Positions 52,248 through 62,087 are shown, numbered from the stretch's first letter. The stretch is 64,000 bases of DNA from an uncultured Eubacteriales bacterium (GCA_900317905.1 ONIN01000009.1:97133-161132); one strand, 5' to 3'. Numbers and translations are program-made. Notes: a model not told the origin generated them from the sequence alone.

Positions 52248-54852
52248 CGTCTCTGGTGATCCGGCCGATGTGCTTCACGGCCACGCTGCCGATCTTCTTG
52301 GGCATGTTCATCACGATGCGGCCCAGGGTGTGGAAGTACTCCAGATTGTCCGCGTCGTGGATCTTCTCCATGCGGATGGCTCCGAACTTGCAGTGGGTGG
52401 TGCAGATGGCGCAGCCCACACAGGTGAGCTCGTTGACCACGGCTACGCCGCAGCCCAGGCAGCGACCGGCCTCGCACTTGGCCTGCTCGGCGGTGAAAAC
52501 GCCTCTTTCATCATGCATGGCACCTCTGACCTTCTTGGGCTCTGCGACCTGACGGAGCTCGCGGCTCAGGAGGTTCGGGTTGATCTGGGCGGCGCGCTTG
52601 TCCATGGCCTTGTAGTCTCTGTGGTCGCGGCCCAAGTTCAGGGTCTGACCGGCGTGGACGTAGCGGTGGATGGAAATGGCCGCCTGCTTGCCCGCCGCGA
52701 TGGCCTGGATGGCAGTTCTGGGGCCGGTGACCGCGTCGCCGCCGGCGAAAACGTCGGAGCCCGCCACGTGCTGGGTCTCCTTCTCCACGGGGACATGGCC
52801 CTTCTCGTTCACGGGGACATCGATGCCGCCGAGGCTAACCTTCTGGCCCAGGGCGCAGATCACCTGATCCGCCGGGACGGAGGTCTCTCCGCAGAGGACG
52901 GCCTCGGGGGTGATCTCGGTGACCACGGCGTCAAAGACGAACTGCACGCCGGCAGCCAGAGCCAGATCGTACTCTTCCTTCACGGCCTTGAAGAAGCTCT
53001 CCTTGCCGGGAGAAAGCACCGTGACGGCGCCGCCCAGCTTGGCAGCAGCGGTGGCTGTGTCCAGCATGACGTGGTTCGTGCTGGCGTTTCCGCCGAGGAC
53101 GACCACCTTGCCCAGCTTCGGCTTCTTGCCCAGGTTCACGTTTCTGAGGAAGCTCAGAGCGCTCTGGACGTTCTTCCCATCCGCGCCGGGAACCTCGGGC
53201 ATCACGGCCTCGCCGGCGCCGATGCCCAGGAAGAAGGCCTTGTAGCCTTCGGCGCGCAGGGACTCCAGGGTGACGTCCTTGCCCACCTCGACGCCGGTCT
53301 TAAACTCCACGCCCATCTGGCGCAGCACGTCGATCTCGGCCTCCAGCACATCCTTCTCCAGACGGAAGGACGGGATGCCCAGGGCCAGCAGGCCGCCCAG
53401 CTTCTCTTCCTTCTCGAAGACCGTGACGGGGTAGCCCTTCTCCTTCAGATAATAGGCGCAGCTGAGGCCGGCGGGGCCTGCGCCGATGACGGCGATCTTC
53501 TCCTCGAAGGGGATGCCGCGGGGATTCTCCATGGGCGGGATCCAGCGCTTCTCGGCGTTCAGATCCTGCTCGGCGATGAATTTCTTCAGCTCATCGATGG
53601 CCACGGGGCTGTCCAGCATCGCGCGGGTGCAGGCGCCCTCGCAGGCCTTGGTGCAGATCCGTCCGCAGACCGCCGGGAAGGGGTTGTCCTTCTTGATGAG
53701 CTTCAGAGCGTCCAGATAACGGCCCTGCTTCGCCAGCGCAATGTAGCCCTGGACGGAGACCTTGGCGGGACATGCGGCCTTGCAGGGCGCGGTGCCGGTC
53801 TCGGTGACGTCGGTGCGGGTCTCGCGGAAATCCGGGGTGTATTTGTCACCCAGCCAGAGCAGGGTGTTGCGGCTGGTCTCCGCCGGACGCGGGATGGCGG
53901 TCTTGTCGCCGCAGAGCTTGGAGCCCAGGCGGACGGCGTTCATCTGGCAGTTTTCCACGCACTGGCCGCAGGCGACGCACTTGTCGGCGTCGATCTTGGC
54001 GATGTAGTTGGTGCGGACAGCGTCGGGGGCCTGGAAGTAGGAGGCGATGCGCAGCGCAAAGCAGCCGCAGCCGCAGCAGTTGCAGATGGCGGTGGCGTCC
54101 TCGTAGCCCGGGGCAACGTTCAGCTCGTGGACCAGGCCGTTGCGCTCGGCGCGGGCCAGGATCTCATAGGCCTCTTCCTTGTCGATGAGACGGTGCTCGC
54201 CCACCTTGGAGAAGTTGATGGCATTGTCGTTGAGGTAGATGCACATATCCTCTTCCAGATGGCCGCAGCCCTCGCCCATCAGACGGCGGGAACGGCGGCA
54301 GGAGCAGGGGCCGACGGAGATGGCCCAGGCCTCCTCCACCAGGTTCTTCACCTCGTCGTAGCTGGCCTTCTTGGTGTTGTTCTCGATGGCCTTCTGCACG
54401 GGGATGACACGCATCATGTTCATGCCCACGTCCATGAAGGGCGCCAGCATGCTGACGCGGCGGCGGGTGTACTCCTCAAAGCACTCGCCCAAAACCGGGT
54501 ACTTGTCACACTGCTCCCGGTTGGAGAGGATGCCCTCCATGATGCCGGGGACATAGATCGGATAGAAGTAGTAGGTCTTGCCGTCGCGGATGCGGGTGCG
54601 GACGGCGCCGGTGGTACATAGCTTGTCCAGCTGTTCCTGGGTGAACTCGATGGATTTCTTTGCCCGCTTGGCCACGTCCTCCACGGTGCGGTTGGCCTCC
54701 AGACGCAGGTGCATCATGATGGTGCACATGTCGTCATCGATGATGGGCTCCAGAATGCGGTACTCGGGATCGTTGTAGGTGATGCCGGTGTAGGTCATGC
54801 TCTCCATGGCGATCTTCGTCGCCAGGGCGAGAATGTTTGGTCTGTGTGCCAT
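52240..54852 (-). CDS. large Fe-S flavoprotein (GltD-like NAD(P)H/FAD oxidoreductase with Cys-rich N-terminal and ferredoxin C-terminal domains)
   Basis: 870 aa. CNCCGCGCF and CVACGQCVENC clusters, dinucleotide folds IAVIGAGPAGLSCA and VVVLGGNAS, and a C-terminal CLGCG...CVGCAICTTHC. Overlaps hypA by 8 nt. Confidence 0.8.
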   Translation of the reverse strand: MAHRPNILALATKIAMESMTYTGITYNDPEYRILEPIIDDDMCTIMMHLRLEANRTVEDVAKRAKKSIEFTQEQLDKLCTTGAVRTRIRDGKTYYFYPIYVPGIMEGILSNREQCDKYPVLGECFEEYTRRRVSMLAPFMDVGMNMMRVIPVQKAIENNTKKASYDEVKNLVEEAWAISVGPCSCRRSRRLMGEGCGHLEEDMCIYLNDNAINFSKVGEHRLIDKEEAYEILARAERNGLVHELNVAPGYEDATAICNCCGCGCFALRIASYFQAPDAVRTNYIAKIDADKCVACGQCVENCQMNAVRLGSKLCGDKTAIPRPAETSRNTLLWLGDKYTPDFRETRTDVTETGTAPCKAACPAKVSVQGYIALAKQGRYLDALKLIKKDNPFPAVCGRICTKACEGACTRAMLDSPVAIDELKKFIAEQDLNAEKRWIPPMENPRGIPFEEKIAVIGAGPAGLSCAYYLKEKGYPVTVFEKEEKLGGLLALGIPSFRLEKDVLEAEIDVLRQMGVEFKTGVEVGKDVTLESLRAEGYKAFFLGIGAGEAVMPEVPGADGKNVQSALSFLRNVNLGKKPKLGKVVVLGGNASTNHVMLDTATAAAKLGGAVTVLSPGKESFFKAVKEEYDLALAAGVQFVFDAVVTEITPEAVLCGETSVPADQVICALGQKVSLGGIDVPVNEKGHVPVEKETQHVAGSDVFAGGDAVTGPRTAIQAIAAGKQAAISIHRYVHAGQTLNLGRDHRDYKAMDKRAAQINPNLLSRELRQVAEPKKVRGAMHDERGVFTAEQAKCEAGRCLGCGVAVVNELTCVGCAICTTHCKFGAIRMEKIHDADNLEYFHTLGRIVMNMPKKIGSVAVKHIGRITRDDA

Positions 54853-55088
54853 TGGGATTCCTCCTTTTTTTCTGATTGGAGTCTGCTTGAAATTAGAATA
54901 GCATAATGGACACGGAAATGCAACGAAAACCGCGCCTTTTGCTCATTTTACCACATCTGTGAGGCCGTGAAAAATACTTTTTGGAGCGAAGTTCATCATC
55001 CTGCGGTTATGGACTTTCAAACCGCTTTGACATCCTGCTTCGAAGGCCGTATAATGGGTGCATTCAGACGAACGAAGGAGAGATGGAC

Positions 55089-56300
55089 ATGCCTGAGATC
55101 GCGATCATCGGCGGCGGCGCCGGCGGCATGATGGCGGCACTGACCGCGGCGGAAAACCCCGACAACCGGGTGCGGCTCTTTGAGCGGCAGGCCAGGGTGG
55201 GCAGAAAGCTCCTGAGCACCGGAAACGGCCGCTGCAATCTGACGAACCTGCATTGCAGCCCGGCGCACTATCACAGCGAGACGCCGGAGTTTATGGGGAG
55301 CGCGCTGGAGGCGTTCCCGGTATCTGAGACGCTGCAATGGTTCCGGGATCGGGGCCTCGTCACCGTGGCTGAGGAAAGCGGCCGGGTCTATCCCCTCTCC
55401 AATTCGGCCAACAGCGTGCTGGATGTACTCAGACTCAGCATCCAGCAGAGTGAAAATATCACCCTGTATGCCGCCGCTCCGGTGCTGGAGATCAAAAGAA
55501 CGGGAACCGGCTTCACCGTGAAAACCGAGCAGGAATCCTTCCACGCGGATAAAGTCATCGTAGCCTGCGGCGGCATGGCGGGCTCCAAGCTGGGCGGCGT
55601 GAAGGACGGCTATGCCCTGCTGCAGAGCCTCGGCCACAGCCGCACCGGCCTCCACCCCGCGCTGGTGCAGCTCACCACCGAGACCGAGTATCCCAAACGG
55701 CTCAAGGGCGTCCGCGCCGACGCAAAGCTGACCCTGGCTTCCCAGAGAAAGACGCTGATCCGCACCGAGGGCGAGGTGCAGTTCACGGAAAAGGGCGTCT
55801 CCGGTCCGGCGGTGTTCGACCTCTCCAGAGCAGCCTCCGTCAGTGACGAGAAGCTGCAGCTGACCCTGGATTTCCTCCGGGGCTACGGTATCAAGGACGT
55901 CTTTTCCATGCTGGTGAATCGAAGAGATCGGCTGCCGGGTCTCCCGGCGGAAGAGCTGCTCACCGGGGTGCTGCACAATCGGCTGGGAAGAACAATTCTG
56001 CATTATGTAAACTTGGATACAAAGAAAACACTGGATCAGATCACGGATTCGGAGCTGAAGGAGGTCGCCAGAGCCTGCAAGGGCTTCACTCTGCCGGTGA
56101 AAGGCACGGAGGGCTTCGACTCTGCCCAGGTCACCGCAGGGGGCGTCCGCTGCTCGGAGTTTGACTCCGATACCATGGAGAGCAAGCTGGTGCCCGGGCT
56201 CTATGCCTGCGGCGAAGTGCTGGACGTGGACGGCGACTGCGGCGGCTTCAACCTTCAGTGGGCCTGGGCCAGCGGACATCTGGCGGGGAGACTGTTATGA
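55089..56300 (+). CDS. HI0933/BaiN-family FAD-dependent oxidoreductase
   Basis: Start moved to MPEIAIIGGGAGGMMAAL (AAGGAG 8 nt upstream). GNGRCNLTN family block. Confidence 0.85.
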   Translation: MPEIAIIGGGAGGMMAALTAAENPDNRVRLFERQARVGRKLLSTGNGRCNLTNLHCSPAHYHSETPEFMGSALEAFPVSETLQWFRDRGLVTVAEESGRVYPLSNSANSVLDVLRLSIQQSENITLYAAAPVLEIKRTGTGFTVKTEQESFHADKVIVACGGMAGSKLGGVKDGYALLQSLGHSRTGLHPALVQLTTETEYPKRLKGVRADAKLTLASQRKTLIRTEGEVQFTEKGVSGPAVFDLSRAASVSDEKLQLTLDFLRGYGIKDVFSMLVNRRDRLPGLPAEELLTGVLHNRLGRTILHYVNLDTKKTLDQITDSELKEVARACKGFTLPVKGTEGFDSAQVTAGGVRCSEFDSDTMESKLVPGLYACGEVLDVDGDCGGFNLQWAWASGHLAGRLL

Positions 56301-57886
56301 TCGCGGTATCGAACTTAAAACTGAAACCCGGCCAGCCGGAGGAAAACCTGAAACCCCTTGCCGCGAAGGCCCTGCGGATCCCGGAAACCAAGATCCGAAC
56401 TCTGGAGCTGCGGAAGAAGTCCCTCGATGCTCGGAAGAAGGACGACCTCCACTGGGTCTATACCGTGGCGGTGACCGTGGACGGAAACGAGGACGCCCTC
56501 ATCAAACGCTGCAAGCAGGCATCGAAAACCGCGCCCTATCATTATGAGATCCCGAAGATCGAAGCGCCGCAGCTGCGGCCGGTGATCGTGGGCTTCGGCC
56601 CCGCGGGGATGTTCGCCGCATTAGTTCTGGCTAAAGCCGGCGCGAAGCCCATCGTTCTGGAGCGTGGGCAGGACGCGGTGACGCGCACGAGACAGGTGGA
56701 GGCCTTCCGCAGCGGCGGCAGCTTTGACCCGGAAAACAACGTGCAGTTTGGTGAGGGCGGCGCCGGAACCTTCTCCGACGGCAAGCTCTCCACCGGCACC
56801 CACGACAGCCGGATCCGCTGGGTACTGGAGCAGTTTTCGGAGCATGGTGCCCCGGAGCATATCCTCTGGGACGCAAAGCCCCACATCGGCACCGACGTGC
56901 TGGTTCAGGTGGTGCAGAACATCCGGAAAACCGTCATCGACCTCGGCGGCGAGGTGCGCTTCGGCCACAAGCTCATCGGACTGGAGACGAAGGATCGGAT
57001 CCTCTCCTCCCTGCAGGTGCAGGGGCCGGAGGGCGTCTATACGCTGCAGACCAACCGGGCCATCCTCTGCATCGGCCACAGCGCCAGAGACACCTTCGAG
57101 ATGCTGCATCAACAGCAGCTGCCCATGGAGCCCAAGGCCTTTTCCATGGGGGTACGGATCGAGCAGCGGCAGGATGCGCTGGATCTTGCCCAGTATGGCC
57201 GAGAAAGAGGCGACGACCTCCCCCCTGCGGATTACAGTCTCCATGTGAAGCTCCCCGACGGCACCAGTGCCTACACCTTCTGCATGTGCCCCGGCGGTGA
57301 GGTCTTTGCCGCGGCGTCGGAGCCCGGCGGCGTGGTCACCAACGGCATGAGCCGCTCCAAGCGGGACGGTGAGAACGCCAACGCCGCCCTTTTGGTGACG
57401 CTGCAGCCGGAGGATTTTCCCGATCAAACCTCTCCCCTCTCCGGCATGTACTGGCAACGGGAGATCGAGCAAAAGGCGTTCCAAATGGGTGGCGGGAACT
57501 ACCACGCCCCGGCCCAGCTGGTGGGCGACTTTCTGAAGCGCACAGCCAGCACCGGCCCGAAATCCGTGCAGCCCACCTACAGGCCCGGGGTCACCTGGTG
57601 CGAGCTCCACGAGCTGTTTCCAAAACGGATCACGGATGTGCTGGAGCAGGCGCTCCCGGCACTGGGACGAAAGCTCAAGGGCTTCGACGCAGCGGACAAC
57701 GTGCTCACGGCGCCGGAGACCCGCTCCTCCTCCCCGGTGCGGCTGAAGCGAGACGACCTTCTCTGTTCTCCGACGGTCTTCGGGCTCTATCCCTGCGGCG
57801 AGGGCGCGGGCTACGCCGGCGGTATCACCAGCGCGGCGGTGGACGGCATGCGCTGCGCGGAAATGCTATTAAAATCCATCCTGTAA
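56297..57886 (+). CDS. FAD-dependent protein (COG2509-type dehydrogenase)
   Basis: ATGA overlap with the upstream gene. VIVGFGPAGMFAALVLAKAG dinucleotide fold; 529 aa. Confidence 0.8.
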   Translation: MIAVSNLKLKPGQPEENLKPLAAKALRIPETKIRTLELRKKSLDARKKDDLHWVYTVAVTVDGNEDALIKRCKQASKTAPYHYEIPKIEAPQLRPVIVGFGPAGMFAALVLAKAGAKPIVLERGQDAVTRTRQVEAFRSGGSFDPENNVQFGEGGAGTFSDGKLSTGTHDSRIRWVLEQFSEHGAPEHILWDAKPHIGTDVLVQVVQNIRKTVIDLGGEVRFGHKLIGLETKDRILSSLQVQGPEGVYTLQTNRAILCIGHSARDTFEMLHQQQLPMEPKAFSMGVRIEQRQDALDLAQYGRERGDDLPPADYSLHVKLPDGTSAYTFCMCPGGEVFAAASEPGGVVTNGMSRSKRDGENANAALLVTLQPEDFPDQTSPLSGMYWQREIEQKAFQMGGGNYHAPAQLVGDFLKRTASTGPKSVQPTYRPGVTWCELHELFPKRITDVLEQALPALGRKLKGFDAADNVLTAPETRSSSPVRLKRDDLLCSPTVFGLYPCGEGAGYAGGITSAAVDGMRCAEMLLKSIL

Positions 57887-57912
57887 ACGGTGCAGAAATC
57901 TGCACCGTTTTC
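57887..57912 (+). terminator. intrinsic terminator
   Basis: ACGGTGCAG-AAAT-CTGCACCGT followed by TTTC. Confidence 0.75.
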
Positions 57913-57915
57913 TTA

Positions 57916-57960
57916 TTGACATTCTTCTGAAAATGCTTATAATATGAAAATGGTTTTCAT
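57916..57960 (+). promoter_or_regulatory. promoter TTGACA-16-TATAAT with adjacent 7-3-7 palindrome (Fur-family box candidate)
   Basis: -35 at 57916-57921, -10 at 57938-57943, immediately followed by ATGAAAA-TGG-TTTTCAT (57944-57960). Confidence 0.65.
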
Positions 57961-57982
57961 TTTCGAATTGGAGGGATGCGCA

Positions 57983-58420
57983 ATGGCAGCCTATCGGACG
58001 AAGCAGCGCTCAGAGATCGCGGACTATCTGGCCTCGATCCCCGGAGAGCATGTGACCGCCGGGGACATCTGCGCCCATTTCCGCGCCCAGGGCCGCGCCG
58101 TGGGGACGGCGACGGTCTACCGGCAGCTGGAGCGCATGGTGTCGGAGGGCACCGTGAGCAAATACATCATCGACGAGAGCGCCGGTGCGTGCTTTGCCTA
58201 TATCGGTTCCGACTCCCATCTGGCGGACAGCTGCTACCACTGCAAGTGTGAGCGCTGCGGCAGGCTGATCCACATGGAGTGCGCGGAGCTGAACCACATC
58301 GCCGCCCATCTCAAGGCGGATCACGGCTTTCGCCTGAATCCCATGCGGACGGTGTTTTACGGCGTCTGCGCCGACTGCGCCGGAAAGGAGGACGCCGAAG
58401 ATGGCACTGCTGAAGTGTGA
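57983..58420 (+). CDS. zur: Fur family metalloregulator (Zur-like by context)
   Basis: Start moved to MAAYRTKQR. Winged-helix N-terminus, then CYHCKCERCG ... CADC structural-zinc cysteines. Followed by metal ABC genes. Confidence 0.8.
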   Translation: MAAYRTKQRSEIADYLASIPGEHVTAGDICAHFRAQGRAVGTATVYRQLERMVSEGTVSKYIIDESAGACFAYIGSDSHLADSCYHCKCERCGRLIHMECAELNHIAAHLKADHGFRLNPMRTVFYGVCADCAGKEDAEDGTAEV

Positions 58421-59111
58421 AAATGTGACGCTGGGTTACGACGGCGAGCCTTTGATCAAGGATCTGAGCTTTGAGGTCAATCCCGGGGACTATCTCTGCA
58501 TCGTAGGCGAAAACGGCGCCGGAAAGAGCACCCTCATGCGCACCCTGCTGGGGCTCCAGCCGCCCATGGCCGGAAAGGTGGAGCTGGGCGAGGGATTGAA
58601 GCACAGTGAGCTTGGATGGCTGCCCCAGCAGACCCCGGTGCAGCGGGACTTCCCCGCCAGCGTCAAGGAGATCGTCCGCTCCGGCTGCCAGAATCGCGGC
58701 GGCTTCCGGGCGTTCTACTCGAAAGAAGATAAACAGCGGGCCGACGCCGCCATGGAACGGATGGACATCACCCACCTGGCCAATCGCTGCTATCGGGAAC
58801 TCTCCGGCGGGCAGCAGCAGCGGGTGCTGCTGGCAAGAGCTCTCTGCGCCGCGGAGCGGATTTTGCTGCTGGACGAGCCGGTGGCGGGCCTCGACCCCAT
58901 GGCCACCGGTGAGCTCTACTCTGTGATCGGTGAGCTGAACCGGGAGGGCATGGCCATCGTTATGATCAGCCACGACGTGAACACCGCCCTGCGCTACGCC
59001 ACCCACATTCTGCATCTGGGCGGCGCCACCTTCTTCGGATCCAAAGAAGACTATATGCGCTCCGGCGGCGCGAGACGGTACCTCCGCAGAAAGGAGGGCG
59101 GCCACCGATGA
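58401..59111 (+). CDS. znuC: metal (zinc/manganese) ABC transporter ATP-binding protein
   Basis: Walker A GENGAGKST, signature LSGGQQQR, Walker B LLLDEP. Confidence 0.85.
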   Translation: MALLKCENVTLGYDGEPLIKDLSFEVNPGDYLCIVGENGAGKSTLMRTLLGLQPPMAGKVELGEGLKHSELGWLPQQTPVQRDFPASVKEIVRSGCQNRGGFRAFYSKEDKQRADAAMERMDITHLANRCYRELSGGQQQRVLLARALCAAERILLLDEPVAGLDPMATGELYSVIGELNREGMAIVMISHDVNTALRYATHILHLGGATFFGSKEDYMRSGGARRYLRRKEGGHR

Positions 59112-59944
59112 TCCAAAAGCTTGCCATGTATCTGGCCCTGCCCTTCGTCCGCTACGCGCTGATCGTGGGCGTTTTGATCTCTCTCTGCGCCGCGCTGCTG
59201 GGTGTGACGCTGGTACTCAAACGCTTCAGCTTCATCGGCGACGGTCTCAGCCACGTGGCCTTCGGCGCCATGGCCATCGCAACGGTGCTGAACGTGACCA
59301 ACTCCATGCTGTTCGTGCTGCCGGTGACGGCCTTCTGCGCCATTCTGCTGCTGCGGCTGGGACAGAACGCCAAGATCAACGGCGACGCCGCCATCGCCAT
59401 GCTCAGCGTGGGCGCGCTGGCGGTGGGCTATCTGCTGATCAACCTGTTCTCCTCCTCCGCGAACCTCACCGGGGACGTGTGCAGCACCCTGTTCGGCTCC
59501 ACGGCGATTTTGACCATCACCCGATCCGAGGTCTGGCTCTGCGTGGGTCTCAGCGCCGCGGTGATCGTGGTGTTTGTACTGTTTTATAATAAGCTCTTCG
59601 CCATCACCTTTGACGAGCGGTTCGCCAAGGCCGTGGGGACGAAGACGGAGCTTCTGAGTCTCTTGCTCGCGGTAATCATCGCGGTGATCATCGTGCTGGC
59701 CATGAAGCTGGTGGGCGCGCTGCTGATCTCCGCCCTGGTGGTCTTCCCCGCTCTCAGCGCTATGCGGGTGTTCAAGAGCTTTTTAAGCGTTACCATCTGC
59801 TCCGCCGTGATCTCTGTCTCCGGGGCGCTGGCGGGAATGCTGATCTCCGTCCTCGCAGGGACCCCTGTGGGCGCCACCATCGTGGTGGTGGATCTCATCG
59901 TCTTCGGCGCCTTCAGCCTGATCGGCTCTGCGAAGGGGGCCTAA
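59108..59944 (+). CDS. znuB: metal ABC transporter permease (ABC-3 family)
   Basis: 278 aa, about 8 TM, ATGA overlap with the ATPase gene. Confidence 0.85.
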   Translation: MIQKLAMYLALPFVRYALIVGVLISLCAALLGVTLVLKRFSFIGDGLSHVAFGAMAIATVLNVTNSMLFVLPVTAFCAILLLRLGQNAKINGDAAIAMLSVGALAVGYLLINLFSSSANLTGDVCSTLFGSTAILTITRSEVWLCVGLSAAVIVVFVLFYNKLFAITFDERFAKAVGTKTELLSLLLAVIIAVIIVLAMKLVGALLISALVVFPALSAMRVFKSFLSVTICSAVISVSGALAGMLISVLAGTPVGATIVVVDLIVFGAFSLIGSAKGA

Positions 59945-59946
59945 GG

Positions 59947-60576
59947 ATGGAGATCTTCGTTCTGATTCTGGAGCTGATCGGCACCGTGGCCTTCGCCCTC
60001 TCCGGCGCCATCATCGCCCTGCAAAAGAAGATGGACATCTTCGGCGTGTGCATGATGGGCCTCACCACCGCCTGCGGCGGTGGAGTATTAAGAGATGTGT
60101 TTCTCGGCGCGCTGCCGCCGGTGATGTTCCGGGAGCCGGTCTTCGCCCTGACGGCGGTGGTGGTCTCCGCCATCATGTTCCTGCCGGTGGTGCGCAGGGC
60201 CCTCTCCAGACAGGAGCAGGTCTATGAAAAGCTGCTTTTGTTTGCAGACGCGGCGGGGCTCGGCATTTTTACCGCCATGGGCGTCGCCGCCACGATCCGC
60301 GCGGGATACGGCGGGAACGTCTTTTTCGCCGTCTTTCTCGGCACCGTCACCGGTGTGGGCGGCGGCGTGTTAAGAGACGTCATGGCCGGTGCGACCCCTT
60401 ACATTTTCGTCAAGCACATCTACGCCCTGGCTGCCATTTTCGGCGCGCTGCTCTGCGCCTTTCTGTGGAAACCCATGGGGCAAAAAGGCGCCATGCTGGT
60501 CTGCGTGGCGGCGGTGCTGGTGATCCGGCTTCTGGCGGCCCACTATCGCTGGAGCCTCCCCAAAGCGACCGAATAA
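59947..60576 (+). CDS. trimeric intracellular cation channel (TRIC/UPF0126) family protein
   Basis: 209 aa with two internal repeats, each carrying GGG(V/I)LRDV (CGGGVLRDVFLG and VGGGVLRDVMAG). Confidence 0.85.
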   Translation: MEIFVLILELIGTVAFALSGAIIALQKKMDIFGVCMMGLTTACGGGVLRDVFLGALPPVMFREPVFALTAVVVSAIMFLPVVRRALSRQEQVYEKLLLFADAAGLGIFTAMGVAATIRAGYGGNVFFAVFLGTVTGVGGGVLRDVMAGATPYIFVKHIYALAAIFGALLCAFLWKPMGQKGAMLVCVAAVLVIRLLAAHYRWSLPKATE

Positions 60577-60579
60577 AAA

Positions 60580-60613
60580 AACTCTGCTGCCGGAATCGAC
60601 AGCAGAGTTTTTT
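60580..60613 (+). terminator. intrinsic terminator
   Basis: AACTCTGCTG / CAGCAGAGTT stem followed by TTTTT. Confidence 0.8.
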
Positions 60614-60778
60614 ATGGATAAAGCCTCGCAGAGTTTCGCGGCTCGGATGCCGCAAAAAAGAATCAAATCATTTTGCCCTCGGAACTTGTTTCGAGGCGCA
60701 AAATTCTTTACACGGAAAAAGGATTTTTTCTTTCGCAAGTCGCACTTGCGCCAAAAAATATTTTGAAGTGCAGCCCCT

Positions 60779-60807
60779 TCCATTGGAAAACGAAGTTTTT
60801 CAATGGA
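60779..60807 (-). terminator. A/U-rich hairpin just after the cysteine-desulfidase-family gene
   Basis: 13-bp stem TCCATTGGAAAAC / GTTTTTCAATGGA, 3 nt beyond the stop. No clean U-run follows. Confidence 0.4.
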
Positions 60808-60809
60808 GA

Positions 60810-62087
60810 CTATTCGTCTTCACATTCCAGCATAATTTTCAGGATGACCTTGTCGGTCTCGCGCATGCCCTCTCGTGCCAGGATGCCAATGTTGCGGATG
60901 GTGCCCTCGACGCCCTTGGTGACAATGCCGTCGCCGCCGTGGAAGCGTCTGCCCCGTTTGGCCATGGCGTAGCTCAGCAGGCCCGCCTCCACCGCCGCGG
61001 CGATCTTTGCTGCGCAGGAGGACTTGGCGCCGTCGCAGACCGTGCCGGAGATCATGCCCATGGCGGTGGTGACCGTCTCGGCGATGATCTGGTAGGGCTC
61101 GTCATGGAGATAGGCGATGCCGGCCGCGGCGCCGATGCCCGCGCTGACTGCGCCGCAGAAGGCGCTGAGTCGGCCGATGCCGGTCTTTTGATGGATGGTG
61201 ACCAGATCGGAAACCGCCACGGCTCTCAGCAGTTTCTCTCTGCTGACGCCCAGATGGAGGGCGTAGCGGTACACCGGCATGGAGGCGGTGATGCCCTGGT
61301 TGCCGGAGCCGGAGACGATGACCACCGGCAGCTCGCAGCCGCTCATTCTGGCGTCAGAGCCGGCGGCGGCCCAGGCTCTCGCCTCGGTGCGGATGTCCTG
61401 GGAGGCCTCCAGCAGGGTGCAGCCTACCGCCGCGCCCCAGTTGCCCGTGAGGCCTTCCTCGGCGATGGCGGCGTTCAAGTCCACCTGTCGGCCCACCATG
61501 CCCTCGATGTGGGTGATGGGCACCTCGTCGGCGTAGGTCAGGATCTCCTGCAGGTTCAGGACGCTCTTGTCCTGGAGGTTGTCCTCCGCCGAATCGGAGA
61601 TGGGCAGGTTCTTCAGAACCTCGCCGTTTTTCTCCAGATAGACGATGTTGGTATGGTTGTTGGCCAGCCGCACTACCGCCTGATCCTCCCCGCAGGAGCC
61701 CGTGAGCTTGATGTCCAGCAGGCAGGGCGAATCCTCCAGGCAGAGCACTTCCATGGGGATCTGGGCGTACTGCTTGATCCGCTCCAGCGCCTCGGGGGTC
61801 ACGTCAGAGATCACCTGCAGGGCCGCGTCGGCGTTGCCGGCGATGACGCCCGCAGCCACGGCGGCGCGGATGCCCTTCATGCCGCCGGTGTTGGGCACGA
61901 CTACTGATTTCACATTTTTCAGGATGTTGCCGCTGACCTCCGCTTTGATGGTCTCAGGCTCCGCGCCCAGAGTCTGGCGCAGCACCGCCGCCGCGTAGGC
62001 GATGGCGATGGGCTCGGTACAGCCGGTGGCGAGGATCAGCTCTTCCGCCAGAATCGCGGAATAGGAGCGCATGGTTTGTTTATCCAT
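60810..62087 (-). CDS. UPF0597 / L-cysteine desulfidase family protein (serine dehydratase alpha-like)
   Basis: 425 aa; N-terminal ILATGCTEPIAIAYAAA block characteristic of the family. Confidence 0.8.
   Translation of the reverse strand: MDKQTMRSYSAILAEELILATGCTEPIAIAYAAAVLRQTLGAEPETIKAEVSGNILKNVKSVVVPNTGGMKGIRAAVAAGVIAGNADAALQVISDVTPEALERIKQYAQIPMEVLCLEDSPCLLDIKLTGSCGEDQAVVRLANNHTNIVYLEKNGEVLKNLPISDSAEDNLQDKSVLNLQEILTYADEVPITHIEGMVGRQVDLNAAIAEEGLTGNWGAAVGCTLLEASQDIRTEARAWAAAGSDARMSGCELPVVIVSGSGNQGITASMPVYRYALHLGVSREKLLRAVAVSDLVTIHQKTGIGRLSAFCGAVSAGIGAAAGIAYLHDEPYQIIAETVTTAMGMISGTVCDGAKSSCAAKIAAAVEAGLLSYAMAKRGRRFHGGDGIVTKGVEGTIRNIGILAREGMRETDKVILKIMLECEDE

Noticed and set aside
52123-54621. 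832-aa plus-strand ORF antisense to the Fe-S flavoprotein gene. Similar shadows occur at 48398..50542, 6601..8382, 9590..10981, 39820..41037, 41296..42513, 42667..44346 and 60465..61907
   Set aside because: Same reasoning: high-GC antisense frames without stops, no recognisable domains, and the opposite strand carries clear homologues.
60614-60778. Several small hairpins (GCGGC/GCCGC, CCTCG/CGAGG, CGCAAGT/ACTTGCG) in the gap after the TRIC gene
   Set aside because: They are short and unrelated to each other, have no flanking promoter or U-runs, and nothing links them to a feature. They were seen but are not interpretable by eye.
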